A stretch of DNA of 64,000 nucleotides from a bacterium (GCA_965209155.1 OZ242383.1:1824001-1888000), one strand, 5' to 3'. Shown: positions 9,032 to 20,254, numbered from the stretch's first letter. Notes: generated by a model from the letters alone, not told the origin. Numbers and translations are program-made.

Positions 9032-10034
9032 ACCGGATCCTGGTGTCCAAATAGGGATAAATCAGGTCGATCAGGAGATTGAGCAGGACCACTCCGGTGG
9101 CGAAAAAGAGGTTGATTCCGGAAACCATTGGGTAGTTTCGGTCATCGAGGGCAATCAGCAAGAGACGACCGATCCCCGGCAGGTTAAAGATGTTCTCCAT
9201 GATCACGGCGCCGCCGACCAGGATCGGCAACTGCAGGCCGATCAGGGAGACCACCGGGATGAGGGCATTTTTGATGGCGTGCCGGATTACCACGACCCGC
9301 TCCCTGAGTCCCTTGGACCAGGCCGTTCGAATATAGTCCTGCCGGAGCACCTCGAGCATCATAGTGCGCGTCATCCGCATGGTGGCCGCCGCCATGGCCG
9401 TCCCCAGAATCAGGCTGGGGATGAGGAACACCCCGAGATTCCCCAGCGGATCTTCCACAAAAGGAATCACTTCCATCGGCGGCGCCCAGCCCCACCAGAT
9501 GGCCGGATAGATCATCACCATCACGCCCAACCAGAAGTTAGGCGTTGCCAGGCCGATGATGGCGATGGAACGCCCTGCGTAGTCGGCGGCCGTATCCTGG
9601 CGCATCGCCGAGTAGATGCCGACGGGCAGGGCGATCAAGAGCCCGATTACGATTGACAACAAACCAAGCTCAATGGTTACCGGCAGTCTACTTATTATCT
9701 CCTCCTCTATCTTGTAACTGCCGCCACCCAGTGATTCGCCAAGGGTGCCCTGCAGGAGACCTTTGAAGTGGGACTCACCGGTAACCCAGTCAGGAGTCGG
9801 CAACACTCCTATCCAGCGTCCATACTGCACGTGGACGGGCACGTCTAATCCCAGATAACGCTCAATAGCTTCACGTTCAACCTGATCCGTCGCTAAACCA
9901 AGACCCGTCATCCTCATCACAATTACGTCTATTGCATCGCCGGGGATGAAGCGGACCGAGAGAAAGACCAGGATGGACAAAATAAACAGGGTGGGGATTA
10001 TCAGCAATAACCGCCTGATGATATAGGCTCTCAT
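9024..10034 (-). CDS. Peptide/nickel ABC permease, DppB/OppB-like (copy 2)
   Basis: RLPVTIEL, ATPNFWLG, QDYIRTAWSKGL and IMENIFNLPGIGRL motifs. Confidence 0.95.
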   Translation of the reverse strand: MRAYIIRRLLLIIPTLFILSILVFLSVRFIPGDAIDVIVMRMTGLGLATDQVEREAIERYLGLDVPVHVQYGRWIGVLPTPDWVTGESHFKGLLQGTLGESLGGGSYKIEEEIISRLPVTIELGLLSIVIGLLIALPVGIYSAMRQDTAADYAGRSIAIIGLATPNFWLGVMVMIYPAIWWGWAPPMEVIPFVEDPLGNLGVFLIPSLILGTAMAAATMRMTRTMMLEVLRQDYIRTAWSKGLRERVVVIRHAIKNALIPVVSLIGLQLPILVGGAVIMENIFNLPGIGRLLLIALDDRNYPMVSGINLFFATGVVLLNLLIDLIYPYLDTRIRYE

Positions 10035-10043
10035 CTGAAACCC

Positions 10044-11716
10044 CTAATGACCCATGGCTTCCTTCAGCGCACTATCAATCCAGAGGCGGGCGAAGAAGCT
10101 ATCGGTTTGACCGAATCCCAACCAGATTTCACCATTATAACCCATGACCCACGGCTGGCTTACGTTCCACTGTTGGGCTTCGCCACCCCATATGGCCCAG
10201 TGCCTCTCCACCGCGTACATATGTGTCTCTCTAGTCAGCCTCTGCGCCTCCTCAAGGGTGGTGGCGGCCTGTTGGGCTTTAATCATGGCCTCAAAATGCT
10301 CAACATCCGGATCGTTGACTGTGCTTTGCGCAAGCAAGTAGCCTGGGAAGTAATTTACGGCACCAGAAGGACCAAGCCTCATTGCTAATTCCAGAGAGAG
10401 CATTTCGAAATCCCCCTCAGTTCTTCTAGAGCCAAACTCAGATGCCGGAGATGACTGAACCTCGACATCAATGCCAATCGCACCCCAGTATGCAGCGCAC
10501 AACTCGGAAAAGGTCGCATCGTAGGTCGCGTAGTGCGTCAACACGGTCTTGAATCGAGTGCCGTCCGCCCCGCGGGGGTATCCAGCCGCATCAAGCAACG
10601 CTTCCGCCCCTGCCGGGTCATAGGTATAGACTTTCTTGACCTCTTCGGGCCACTCTTCAAATGGGGTGCTCCACCCTGTCACATCATCGGCTATGTGCCC
10701 CTGAGGTCGGGTAGATCCATAACCCTTATAGTAGGTAGCGTAAATTGTCTCAAGGTCGAGTGCCATCTGCATTGCCTTGCGCACCCGGATGTCGCCAAAG
10801 GGCGGCACCTGAACGTTAACACCAAAAGAATTATCCGATCGATAAGGAAACGGCCAGAACACAAGTTCGGGATTGGTCCGCTGGAGACTCTCTAGAACGT
10901 CGACAGATGTTATTTGAGCGGGGCTGCCCATGACACCCATGTAATCGACCTTACCCGTGCGCAGTGCCGCTAGGCGTGTCGCTTCCTCTGTCAAAATCAG
11001 GTACCTTAACTGGTCAATATAGGGCAAACGGTTCTCCGGGTATTTTTCGTCGTAGGCCCAGTAGTCAGGATTCTTGGTATAGGTCACAGAGCTGCCCTCG
11101 ACGAAGTCCGTCATCTCAAAGGGTCCGGTGCCGACCAGGTTCCTCCAATCCTTAGCGTCCCCGTGTTCCTTGATTACCTCGGGAGGGTACATCCAAACAA
11201 CCCATTGGTCGACGATTTGATCCATCGCAAAGAGGGATGGCTCCTTCAGCTTGAAAACAACCGTCCATTTGTCGGTGGCCGTTACCGATTCGACTATTGA
11301 TGTGTCCCAGTAAGTGTTGGGGGACGGTTCAGTAAAGCCACTGCCCAGACCATAATAACGGTGATAGTTGTATTCGACGTCGTATGCATCTAGCTCCCGA
11401 CCGTTCATCGGTGGCTTATTGTGCCAGTGAACGCCCTGGCGAATGGGGAAGGTATAGGTGAGGCCGTCCGGGGAAATCTCCCAGCTTTCCGCCAGTGCCC
11501 CTTTTAAAGTCCATAGAGGTACGCTCGTTGTATTCCAGCCAAATTCCTCTCTATCTATTGCCCAGTTCCCGACGCTTAACTTCTCTAGAACGGGACTGAT
11601 GAAGGCCCATGCTGCGTAGCCACCATCGAACCAAGTGTCAGTACTCTTAGGCATTCTGGGCCTGACAAAGGTGAGTCTCCCGCCGTATTCAGGTTCACTC
11701 ACCATTTTACCAGTGG
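10044..11716 (-). pseudogene. Family 5 substrate-binding protein (copy 2), N-terminus removed at the IS256 junction
   Basis: Similarity to the paralogues begins at TGKMVSEPEYGG. The residues before that in the ORF track come from the IS end, so there is no signal peptide. Confidence 0.88.
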
Positions 11717-13105
11717 AGTTATAGTCAAATTCTGGGGATGGCAATTCAGGCGGCGATCCTGTATTGAGGAATTCCATCGACAAATTGTACTCCCTCTATC
11801 ACTTCGGCTAATCGTTTAAATCCGTGTAATCGGATCCAATTTTTCTGAGCGGATTCCATTAATTTGAATGCCATCGTCAAGACGGTATTTCTTGAGAAAC
11901 AACCTCTGACTTTGGCAGTTCTCAGTTTGACAGTAGCGAAGGTGGATTCAATGGGATTGCTCGTTCTCAAATGCCTCCAATGCTCTGCCGGGAAATCATA
12001 GAAGGCCATCAAGGTCTCCTGATCTTTAATCAAGCAGTGAGTGGCTTTAGGATATTTCGCCTCATACATGTCAACAAAATGCTTTAAGGCTTTGAAAGCT
12101 TCCTCTTTGCTGCTGGCCATCCAAATTTGATGGAGACGATCCTTGGCTTTATGATGCTCCCTTTTTGGTAAATAGTTGAGAATGTTTCCCGTTTTGTGCA
12201 TCCAACAACGCTGCTCTTTGCTCTGAGGATAGACTTTTTTCAAAGCTTTCCAAAATCCCATCGCTCCGTCTCCCACAGCGATTTTAGGGGCCTCAGTCAA
12301 TCCCCGGTGCTTCAGATCCATCAGCAGTTCCCTCCAGGATTGCTCACTTTCCCGGTAGCCATCTTCCAAGGCAACGAGCTCTTTATCTCCATTTTCTGTT
12401 GCCCCCACAATCACCAAGAGGCATTGTTTATCTTTATCCATTCTCACATTGCAATACACGCCATCGACCCAGAGATAAACATAATGACTCTGGGAGAGAT
12501 CCCGTTGTTTCCAGGCTTTCCAATCCTCATACCAGCTTGATTTAAGACGGCTCACTGTCGCTGAAGACAAGCCCGCCGCTCTTTTACCTAAAATCGCTGC
12601 GAGCGCCTCCTGAAAGCCACCAGTGGAAATCCCTTTCAGATACAGCCAGGGAATCAGGGCTTCAATACTTTTACTTTTCCTCAGATAAGGGGGGATCAAC
12701 TTGGAAGAAAATCGAATCCTTTCCTCTGATGAGGTGCTTTGACGATCTTTACTCCGCGGAACTTTCACGGATATAGAACCAATTCCCGTCTGAATCTCCC
12801 GATCTTGATGATAACCATGACGAACCACTCGCTGACGTCCATCCGAGAGTCGATAGGACTGATATTCCTTCATGAATATTTCCATCTCCAATTCCAACGC
12901 TTCAGAAAGTATCTTCCTGGCTTTCACTCTCAAAAGTTCACTCAAATGATCTTCAATAATTTGCTCTGGCTTCTCCAGATCAATCACGTTATAGTTGCTC
13001 ATCGGCGTATCCTTTCTTTGATGTAATTCTATTTATTTTAAATTCCCATCAATAGGATACGCCACCTTCAAATTTAGTCCATCCCCAACTTTCGACTATA
13101 TCTCC
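11715..13105 (-). mobile_element. IS256-family element; no TSD
   Basis: 27-bp imperfect TIRs GGAGTTATAGTCAAATTCTGGGGATGG / CCATCCCCAACTTTCGACTATATCTCC. Confidence 0.92.
11746..13002 (-). CDS. IS256 transposase
   Basis: YLWVDG, AVGDG, QRCWMHK and RTSNPIES motifs; 418 aa, uninterrupted. Confidence 0.95.
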   Translation of the reverse strand: MSNYNVIDLEKPEQIIEDHLSELLRVKARKILSEALELEMEIFMKEYQSYRLSDGRQRVVRHGYHQDREIQTGIGSISVKVPRSKDRQSTSSEERIRFSSKLIPPYLRKSKSIEALIPWLYLKGISTGGFQEALAAILGKRAAGLSSATVSRLKSSWYEDWKAWKQRDLSQSHYVYLWVDGVYCNVRMDKDKQCLLVIVGATENGDKELVALEDGYRESEQSWRELLMDLKHRGLTEAPKIAVGDGAMGFWKALKKVYPQSKEQRCWMHKTGNILNYLPKREHHKAKDRLHQIWMASSKEEAFKALKHFVDMYEAKYPKATHCLIKDQETLMAFYDFPAEHWRHLRTSNPIESTFATVKLRTAKVRGCFSRNTVLTMAFKLMESAQKNWIRLHGFKRLAEVIEGVQFVDGIPQYRIAA

Positions 13106-13136
13106 GGAGAATTTCTAAAAAGATTGGAGCAGGAGA

Positions 13137-13373
13137 ATGGGAACAATTAGTCTAAGAATTCCGGAATCAATACATAAGCAGGTCCGAGAACTAGCTAAAC
13201 AAGATGGTACTTCAATTAATCAATTTATCACAACAGCTTTGGCAGAGAAAATGTCGGCGTTGCTGACGGAAGATTATTTGAAACAACGTGCTCAGCGAGG
13301 AAGTCGAGAAAAGTTTGAAAAAGCATTATCTAAGGTGGCAGATATTGAACCTGATGAAAGAGACAAACTTTAA
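13137..13373 (+). CDS. RHH/HicB-like antitoxin, orphan duplicate of 20679-20915
   Basis: One amino-acid difference from the second copy (PDERD vs PEERD); only the last few codons of its PIN partner remain upstream. Confidence 0.85.
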   Translation: MGTISLRIPESIHKQVRELAKQDGTSINQFITTALAEKMSALLTEDYLKQRAQRGSREKFEKALSKVADIEPDERDKL

Positions 13374-13519
13374 GCATCTCGGTTAGCTTGGATAATCGTC
13401 GAACAAACATGTAGAGCTTTACGGCAGACCAGTGTTTTTTCCAACATTTATACCAAATTTATAATTTTGTGTCTTTTTCGACATCTATCAACTGTTCACA
13501 GCGGAAAGATTGATCAGCT

Positions 13520-14098
13520 TCAATTCTTTTCATATTCCGTTGAGAGCTCGTTTGGCAACTTTGTAGGCCACCCGATTGTAGGTTTTTGCAGTTTCTGGCG
13601 AAATGCGCTTTGCTGCGATTCAGGCAAATAGGCCACCACGTTTTCACGCTTATGATATTGACACCTCTGAATGATACCCGGCTTAAGGCACTTCTTGAAT
13701 ATTCGCTTTGTCACGCACAGTGGCACTTCGATAGCCACTTTCTGATCATTTAAATAAATATTCCCTGGGTTACTACCCCAACGTTGCCTGCTTCCTCCTC
13801 GGCTATGGGCTCTCCAGCTAAGTGAGTCACTTCTTTTTGCAGTATTTCCTCGACTGCCATCAGTCCTAAAGGAATCAACTGTTGAATCAATGTTAAACGG
13901 GTGGATAACTCAAAATCGCCCCGCACTCAATCTTTGTACGCCTCCACTTGATCTTTCGCGTTGCTTCTTTTTCGGCTTTTGCTTACTTTTTTCATACGAC
14001 CTCCCTTCGATGGGTTGGGTTTTGTGGTGATCAATGAAACCACAACATAACGAATGTGAGGTCGTAAATCAATTTTCAACTAATTTTAGGACAGTTCC
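13520..14098 (-). pseudogene. Decayed, internally deleted IS256-family element
   Basis: Fragments LIQQLIPLGLMAVEEILQKEV and IIQRCQYHKRENVVAYLP in different frames; IR-like end TCAACTAATTTTAGGACAGTTCC at ~14076-14098. Confidence 0.7.
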
Positions 14099-14159
14099 AG
14101 TTAAAGTTCTTAAAAACAGTTATTAGGAGCGTTATTTAGTTTATCAATGAGGTTTCATT

Positions 14160-14363
14160 ATGAAATTAAAAGTAGTGATACATGAAGCAGAAGAAGGAGG
14201 TTATTGGGCAGAAGTACCGTCCATACCAGGATGTGCCACTCAAGGTGATACTTTTGATGAGTTATTAAGTAACATTTACGAAGCTGTCGAGGGTTGTCTA
14301 GCCGTAGATGTTCGAGAGATTACAATCTCAGAAAAAGACAAAATCATGGAGATCGCAGTTTGA
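14160..14363 (+). CDS. hicB: HicB-family antitoxin (short)
   Basis: [21 protein letters not shown]. Confidence 0.9.
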   Translation: MKLKVVIHEAEEGGYWAEVPSIPGCATQGDTFDELLSNIYEAVEGCLAVDVREITISEKDKIMEIAV

Positions 14364-14566
14364 AGGCTGTTAGCGGGAAGAGACTTTGTCGTATTTTAGA
14401 ATCCAAAGGATGGGAACTGAAACGTATAAATGGAAGTCATCATATTTACTCCAAAACTGGAAGTACTGCTCGGATATCTGTTCCTGTTCATGGCAATAAT
14501 CCATTGAAAATAGGATTGCTAAAGCATCTGATGAAGAAAGCAGAGATCGAAGACTCCGAATTATAA
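14360..14566 (+). CDS. hicA: HicA-family toxin
   Basis: TTG start overlapping the hicB stop; [14 protein letters not shown] and VPVHG. Confidence 0.9.
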   Translation: MKAVSGKRLCRILESKGWELKRINGSHHIYSKTGSTARISVPVHGNNPLKIGLLKHLMKKAEIEDSEL

Positions 14567-14571
14567 ACCCG

Positions 14572-14775
14572 CTGAAAGGGATTATCAAAACCTAGACGGA
14601 GCGATATTATGATCACGATTCCGGCAGAATGATACGTGTAGGACATCACTTCAAGGAATGGGTGATGATGCCTTATGATCAAGAGGGAGATGATTTAACC
14701 ATTATCACTGCCCATCGAACGACTCGTCAACAAATCAATGCTCGACTCAACGAAGGGAGATTAGAATATGCTTAA
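14572..14775 (+). pseudogene. Truncated small toxin-like gene preceding a DUF2283-like gene
   Basis: LKGIIKT*TERYYD...ITAHRTTRQQINARL; TAG at 14593; no start codon; overlaps the next ATG. Confidence 0.45.
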
Positions 14776-14915
14776 ACCGGGACTGAATTTTTACAGTGAG
14801 GAAGATATTTTATATATCTATGTTGCGGAAGGGAAGGAAGTGTCCAGCAAGCCCCTCGGTTCCGGTATCACTGCGGAACTAAATGAAAACGGTGAGTTGA
14901 TTGGCATCGAGTTAC
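14768..14915 (+). pseudogene. DUF2283-like protein, truncated where the convergent dppC ends
   Basis: YSEEDILYI...GITAELNENGELIGIE; the rest of the ORF is antisense dppC. Confidence 0.65.
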
Positions 14916-15853
14916 CATTTGAAAGGGTGGATCAGTCTGGAGAGGAAGCCTCGTTTGCGTTTCACCATCGCGGTGCTGTAACTGCCCTCTCCGCCCCTGA
15001 GCCTGGGATCGAGCAGATCGCGCATGGCATCGCCGAACATGTTGAAGGAGTAGACGACAATCGTCAGGCAAAGACCAGGCCACAGGGCTAGATGGGGCGC
15101 TATCTCCATGTACTGACGCCCTTCCCGGCTGAGCAGACCGCCCCAACTGGGAACCTTGAGGGGCAGACCGAATCCCAGGAAGCTCAAAGAAGCCTCAGAG
15201 ATAATCACCCCGCCGATGTTGATGGTGAAAATGATGATGACGGGGGCCACAATATTGGGCAGGACATGCTGGATAAATATTCTCCCCTGGGTGCAGCCAA
15301 TCGCCTGGGCTGCCTGAAAATACACATTCTCTTTGATACCAATCACGGCGCTGCGGACAATTCTTGAGGCGCTGATGCCCCCGACGACCCCCAGGACCAC
15401 GATGATCTGCAGGACCCCCCGTCCCACGATGGACATGATGGTCAACAGCAAGAGCAGTCCCGGAAAAGACATCCAGGCATCGACGAAGCGCTGCACCGCC
15501 AAGTCGAATTTACCGCCAATGAATCCTGAGAGACCGCCGATCAGGACACCGACCCCCACATTGAGGGTGGTCGCAGCCAGACCGACCATTAAAGAAAGAC
15601 GCGCCCCATAGATCAGGCGGCTCAGGAAGTCTCGCCCCAGATGGTCCGTCCCTAGCAGATACTTGGTGGATGCCCCCTGCAGCCTGTCTGCCGGGTGGAC
15701 TTCCGCAAAGGGATAAGGGGCCAGCACCTCGGCAAAGATCGCCACCAGAATAAAGAGCAATACAATCATCCCACTGAAGGCCCCCAGGGGCTTCTCCTTG
15801 AAAAGTCTGACAAAGAAATGAGCCAGTCGGCTCCGTCGCCTGGATTCACTCAT
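14912..15853 (-). CDS. Peptide/nickel ABC permease, DppC/OppC-like (copy 3)
   Basis: Same motifs as copy 2; start overlaps the dppB stop. Confidence 0.95.
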   Translation of the reverse strand: MSESRRRSRLAHFFVRLFKEKPLGAFSGMIVLLFILVAIFAEVLAPYPFAEVHPADRLQGASTKYLLGTDHLGRDFLSRLIYGARLSLMVGLAATTLNVGVGVLIGGLSGFIGGKFDLAVQRFVDAWMSFPGLLLLLTIMSIVGRGVLQIIVVLGVVGGISASRIVRSAVIGIKENVYFQAAQAIGCTQGRIFIQHVLPNIVAPVIIIFTINIGGVIISEASLSFLGFGLPLKVPSWGGLLSREGRQYMEIAPHLALWPGLCLTIVVYSFNMFGDAMRDLLDPRLRGGEGSYSTAMVKRKRGFLSRLIHPFKW

Positions 15854-16805
15854 ACCGCACCCTGGGGTCTAAATAAGGATAAATCAGGTCGATCAGGAGA
15901 TTGATGGCCATCACCCCGGCGGCGAAAAACAGGTTGATCCCGGAGACCACCGGATAGTCTCGGTCGTTGAGGGCTGTCAGCATCAGACCGCCCAACCCCG
16001 GCAGGTTGAAGATGTTCTCTATGATCACAGAGCCCCCAACCAGGATCGGCAACTGCAGGCCAATCAGGGTGATAACCGGGATGAGGGCATTTTTGATGGT
16101 ATGTCTGATCACCACGACCCGCTCCCTGAGCCCCTTGGACCAGGCCGTTCGGATGTAATCCTGCCGCAGCACCTCCAGCATCATGGTGCGTGTCATGCGC
16201 ATGGTGGTTGCCGAAGCAGCCGTCCCCAGAATCACGCTGGGGATGAGGAACACCGCCAGATTCCCCAGCGGGTCTTCCGTGAACGAAACCAACTTCATTG
16301 GGGGCGCCCAGCCCCACCAGACGGCCGGGTAGATCATGATCATAAGACCTAACCAGAAATTCGGGGTGGCCAAGCCGATGATGGCCAGGGAACGTCCTGC
16401 ATAATCAGTAGCGGTATCCTGGCGAATTGCGGAGTAGATGCCAATGGGCAACGCGATCACCAGCCCGATGACGATTGCCAGAATGCCAAGTTCCAGGGTG
16501 ACCGGCAATTTGGCCAATATCTCCTCCTCTACCGTAAAATTACCCATCAGTGAGTCGCCCAGGGTGCCTTTCAGCAAGATACCGCCAATCCAGCGTCCAT
16601 ACTGCACGTAGACAGGCACGTCTAATCCCAGCCTACGCTCAAGAGCTTCACGATCAATGGTGACAACCAATCCAGCTTCCATCCTGCCCAACATTGCGTC
16701 TACCACATCGCCCGGGATGAAACGGACTGAGAGAAAGACCAGGATGGTCAATATGAACAGCGTGGGGATTATCAGCAATAACCGCCTGATAATATAGGTT
16801 CTCAT
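15846..16805 (-). CDS. Peptide/nickel ABC permease, DppB/OppB-like (copy 3)
   Basis: Same motifs as copy 2; AGGAG RBS. Confidence 0.95.
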   Translation of the reverse strand: MRTYIIRRLLLIIPTLFILTILVFLSVRFIPGDVVDAMLGRMEAGLVVTIDREALERRLGLDVPVYVQYGRWIGGILLKGTLGDSLMGNFTVEEEILAKLPVTLELGILAIVIGLVIALPIGIYSAIRQDTATDYAGRSLAIIGLATPNFWLGLMIMIYPAVWWGWAPPMKLVSFTEDPLGNLAVFLIPSVILGTAASATTMRMTRTMMLEVLRQDYIRTAWSKGLRERVVVIRHTIKNALIPVITLIGLQLPILVGGSVIIENIFNLPGLGGLMLTALNDRDYPVVSGINLFFAAGVMAINLLIDLIYPYLDPRVRYE

Positions 16806-16969
16806 GTGACACTACTCCTCCTATAATACTCTAGCTATGTGTCTGTTAACGCCAGGCTGTAGTACTCAGGTTTCGATCTTACTATGCTTCCTTAATTAAT
16901 ATTTCCCTCTTGCTGAAAAATTGGCGTAAATAAGAAACTATCTAACCAAGTATTTCACTATTCAATGAG

Positions 16970-17020
16970 AAGGGAGCTGGGAAGCCTGAGCCCCCGCGCC
17001 AAGGACCCTCCGGCTCCCTT
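16970..17020 (-). other. GC-rich hairpin between SBP and dppB (copy 3 only)
   Basis: AAGGGAGC...GCTCCCTT arms; may be an mRNA-stability or partial termination element. Confidence 0.4.
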
Positions 17021-17050
17021 AGACGGTTCAGTTATCCTCGAGACCAGGCA

Positions 17051-18835
17051 CTAATGCCCCATTTCTTTCTTCAGCGCACTATCAATCCAGAGACGGGCGT
17101 AGATGTTAGTAAATCTTTGATTAACCCCCATGTCATATTCACCGTTGAAACCTATAATCCACGGCTGGTGCACGTTAAAGTTTGAAACTCTAGGACCCCA
17201 CCAGTACCAGTGGTTCTCTAACGCGTACATATTGATCTCTTTAACCAACCTGATCTTCTCTTCCATGTCCAGAGTAGCTCCGGCGGCGTCAATCATGGCG
17301 TCCAGTTCCGGGATGCTAATCCCCGGGCGGTTCCATTGTGAGTCCGTGTAAAGAAGTGTTTTGAGCAACCCAAGGGGTTCGGCATAATCGAAGCCCATCT
17401 CTCCACCGACCAGACCTTCATAAGTATGGTTATGTATATTAGCCACATGAGTGGCTCCCTCGAGTGGGATGACCTCTACTTCAACGCCGATCGCACTCCA
17501 GTATGCTGCCTGTAATTCAAAACCGCCTAGATCGCGACCTTCCCAGACTTCGAAGGTGGTCTTGAATCTAATGCCATCCGCGCCGCGCGGATATCCAGCC
17601 TCATCAAGCAACGCTTCCGCCCCTTCCGGGTCATAGATATAGTATTGCTTGACCTCTTCAGGCCACTCTTCAAATGGGACGAAATAATCCGTAAGGCCTG
17701 GCCCTAAAATCCCCTGAGGTATCCAATCTGCGTAACCCTTATAGTAGGTATTGTTCATTGTCTCGTTGTCTAGTGCCATCTGCATCGCGTGGCGCACCCT
17801 GATGTCGTCAAAGGGTGGCTTCCAGGCGGCATAGGCACCAGACGTCTCCGACCGAATCGAAAAATCCCAGAACACGAGTTCGGGGTTGGTCTCCTTGAGC
17901 CTCTCCGCCGCGTCGATAGATGTTATTTGAGTAGTGCCATTATTATCCAGGGCATCGACCTTACCCGTGCGCAATGCCGCTATCCGTGTTGCCTCTTCTT
18001 TCATAATCAGAGATATGGTCTGGTCAACATAGGGCAGGCGGTTCTCCGGGTATTTTTCGTCGAAGCCCCAGTAGTCAGGATTCTTGGTCCAGGTCAGAGA
18101 GATGTCCTTCACCCAGTCAGTCAGCATAAAGGGCCCGGTGCCGACCAGGTTCCTCCAGTCCTTAACGTCACCGTGTTCCTCGATTACCTCGGGGGCGTTT
18201 ATACTACTACGGGAGTTGAGGAGGATATCATTCAGTCCAAGGAGGGATGGCTTCTCGAGCTTAAAAACAACCGTCCAATCGTCAGTGGCCGTTACCGATT
18301 CGAATCTCGCTACGAATCTATGTGCTGGGGTAGGTCCGGCTTCACTGAACTTGCCCAGTCCCAATAAACGGTGCCAGTTATATACGACATCAGCAGCAGT
18401 AAATTCTCTCCCGTTCATCGGTGGCTTATTATGCCAGTGAACGCCCTTCCGGATGTGGAAGATTATCGTTGTGTCGTCGGGCATTTCCCAGCTTTCCGCC
18501 AGCGCCCCTTTCATGTAAGAAAAAGGTACGAACATGCTCTTGAGGTTAAAGACACTCCTGTCCACTCCCCAGTCCGCGATTGCTAGCCTCTCTACAACGC
18601 CGGAGGTGGGGTGAGTCCCGTGACTGAACCAGCTATCAGAAGTCCTAGGATTGTAACTATTAGCCCAGGTTATTGTCCCGCCGTATTCAGGTGCAGTCAC
18701 CATTTTACCAGTGGTCGGATCTTTGACCATCTTTTTCTCAGCCCCGACTGCCGGGCTGACCCAAAAAGCGGTCACCATCAGGATGAGGGTGAGCAGAATT
18801 ACACTGAAGGTTGATTTGCTTTTTTGATGATCCAT
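17051..18835 (-). CDS. ABC transporter substrate-binding protein, family 5 (copy 3)
   Basis: Paralogue of copy 1; signal peptide after M37; alternative start 18943. Confidence 0.92.
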   Translation of the reverse strand: MDHQKSKSTFSVILLTLILMVTAFWVSPAVGAEKKMVKDPTTGKMVTAPEYGGTITWANSYNPRTSDSWFSHGTHPTSGVVERLAIADWGVDRSVFNLKSMFVPFSYMKGALAESWEMPDDTTIIFHIRKGVHWHNKPPMNGREFTAADVVYNWHRLLGLGKFSEAGPTPAHRFVARFESVTATDDWTVVFKLEKPSLLGLNDILLNSRSSINAPEVIEEHGDVKDWRNLVGTGPFMLTDWVKDISLTWTKNPDYWGFDEKYPENRLPYVDQTISLIMKEEATRIAALRTGKVDALDNNGTTQITSIDAAERLKETNPELVFWDFSIRSETSGAYAAWKPPFDDIRVRHAMQMALDNETMNNTYYKGYADWIPQGILGPGLTDYFVPFEEWPEEVKQYYIYDPEGAEALLDEAGYPRGADGIRFKTTFEVWEGRDLGGFELQAAYWSAIGVEVEVIPLEGATHVANIHNHTYEGLVGGEMGFDYAEPLGLLKTLLYTDSQWNRPGISIPELDAMIDAAGATLDMEEKIRLVKEINMYALENHWYWWGPRVSNFNVHQPWIIGFNGEYDMGVNQRFTNIYARLWIDSALKKEMGH

Positions 18836-19148
18836 CTTTTTCCTTTCTGCTTTTTGATTAAAAACAAGATTTAGGATTGATTTAAAACCTGCTTTCGTTC
18901 CCGAAAGCCCGTTCTCGACGATGCTTCTGATTATTATTTTCATTTTTACCTTTAATATAAAGCGTTAAATAAGCAATATTCACCATGAATATTACACTAT
19001 CAAAAAAAACGATTCATTGGCTCCAGGAGGGGCCATGAAGCATGACCTTTCCATTCTCTGGAGGAATTTCCATGTGCTGAAATGAACTGAGGAGTAATTC
19101 AAGGATCTCTCCCTGAAGTCGAGATGAGATAAGGGGGGACAACCCAAT

Positions 19149-19250
19149 GAACTGGGGACTTGGGATTTAGAACGTGGGAACTGGGTGCCGGGTGCCGGGT
19201 GCCGGGTGCCGGGTGCCGGGTGCCGGGTGCCGGGTGACGGGTGACGGGTG
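19149..19250. repeat. Heptamer tandem repeat: degenerate 7-mers, then (GTGCCGG)x7 (GTGACGG)x2
   Basis: Counted directly at 19185-19247. Confidence 0.95.
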
Positions 19251-19255
19251 ATTGA

Positions 19256-19284
19256 ATGATACTCTCATATTAACCTTTTGTCAA
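19256..19284 (-). promoter_or_regulatory. Sigma70-type promoter for ABC module 3
   Basis: TTGACA-N17-TATCAT on the minus strand. Confidence 0.75.
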
Positions 19285-19695
19285 GATATTTTTATACTTG
19301 AAAACGGGTTAATTTCAGACTTTCATGTCATCCTGATTGATAGCTGACAGCGAAAAGCCAATTCGCGACAGCGACTCTTTAAGGAAAATATTTTATATCC
19401 AGAAAAAAATCAACATATTTTTTAAGACAGATCCGATTTAGTCATTTAAGGCAAATTTTTCTCATATCCAGAAATAGTATAATCGCTCTGCAAATGTATC
19501 AAGATTTTTTTGAATAGGGCGACTCATTCATGAAAGTCTTCTGATGATCAACGAAAATACTTTTTCATATTGAGATACGGAAGTCAATTTTTTTAGCACT
19601 TTTCCATTACCCGTTGAGAGTTTCTAAAAATCCTCTGGGGAGGAGATGAGGTTTGACTTGACTTTCGGCTCAATCAATAGGAGCGAAATTGAAAT

Positions 19696-19792
19696 AAAAC
19701 CTTCCGCCCAAGGCGATTTCTAGAAATCTATCAAAAAAGAAAACGAAAAACAAGCCATCATTCTTAAAAACCTTCCGCCCAAGGCGATTTCT
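19696..19792. repeat. 26-bp perfect direct repeat x2 at the edge of the duplicated block
   Basis: AAAACCTTCCGCCCAAGGCGATTTCT at 19696 and 19767. Confidence 0.85.
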
Positions 19793-19904
19793 TGAAAACG
19801 ATCACAAACGCACGATGATGGCAAAATCCTGGTAGATTTCATGATCCCCTTCAGTATCCTCTTCTATATAACAATATTTAGAGGAGGTCAATCGATTTTT
19901 TTGC

Positions 19905-20201
19905 TCATCTTAACTCCTCAGGGGCGAGTGCTTGTCTCATCCTGGCTTTGATCCTGGCTCCTATCTGTGTCAGTCCTTGAAAATACTGTGCAATCCTGCC
20001 CTTCTCGTCACGAAAAGCAGGGGATTCAGAGCGCATCATTTCATTGAATGCGCACTGGGCACGCGTTTCGATGGTTCGAGGATATTGATACTTGTCTTGC
20101 CGATGCAGCATCAGGGACAAATTGCAAAGTATCAAGAAAGACGCTCCTTCTGAAAAATAATCAAAATCTCCGTACAAGTCGTTCGACAAGAATGATCTCA
20201 C
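19905..20201 (-). CDS. Hypothetical protein or gene fragment
   Basis: 98-aa ORF filling the gap; no family recognised. Confidence 0.25.
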   Translation of the reverse strand: MRSFLSNDLYGDFDYFSEGASFLILCNLSLMLHRQDKYQYPRTIETRAQCAFNEMMRSESPAFRDEKGRIAQYFQGLTQIGARIKARMRQALAPEELR

Positions 20202-20218
20202 CTAATTCTTCCATTTCA

Positions 20219-20247
20219 TTGACAATTTAAATAGTATCTCATACAAT
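20219..20247 (+). promoter_or_regulatory. Sigma70 promoter of the PIN operon
   Basis: TTGACA-N17-TACAAT, 7 nt before the ATG. Confidence 0.7.
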
Positions 20248-20254
20248 ACCAAAC

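Larger units (their letters stand above)
18836..19748. repeat. ~0.9-kb upstream block, copy B
   Basis: Colinear with 2550-3487. Confidence 0.92.

Noticed and set aside
19696..19792. Possible mini-CRISPR (two 26-bp repeats, 45-bp gap)
   Set aside because: Only two units, similarity continues beyond the repeat, and there are no cas genes; it is a local tandem duplication.
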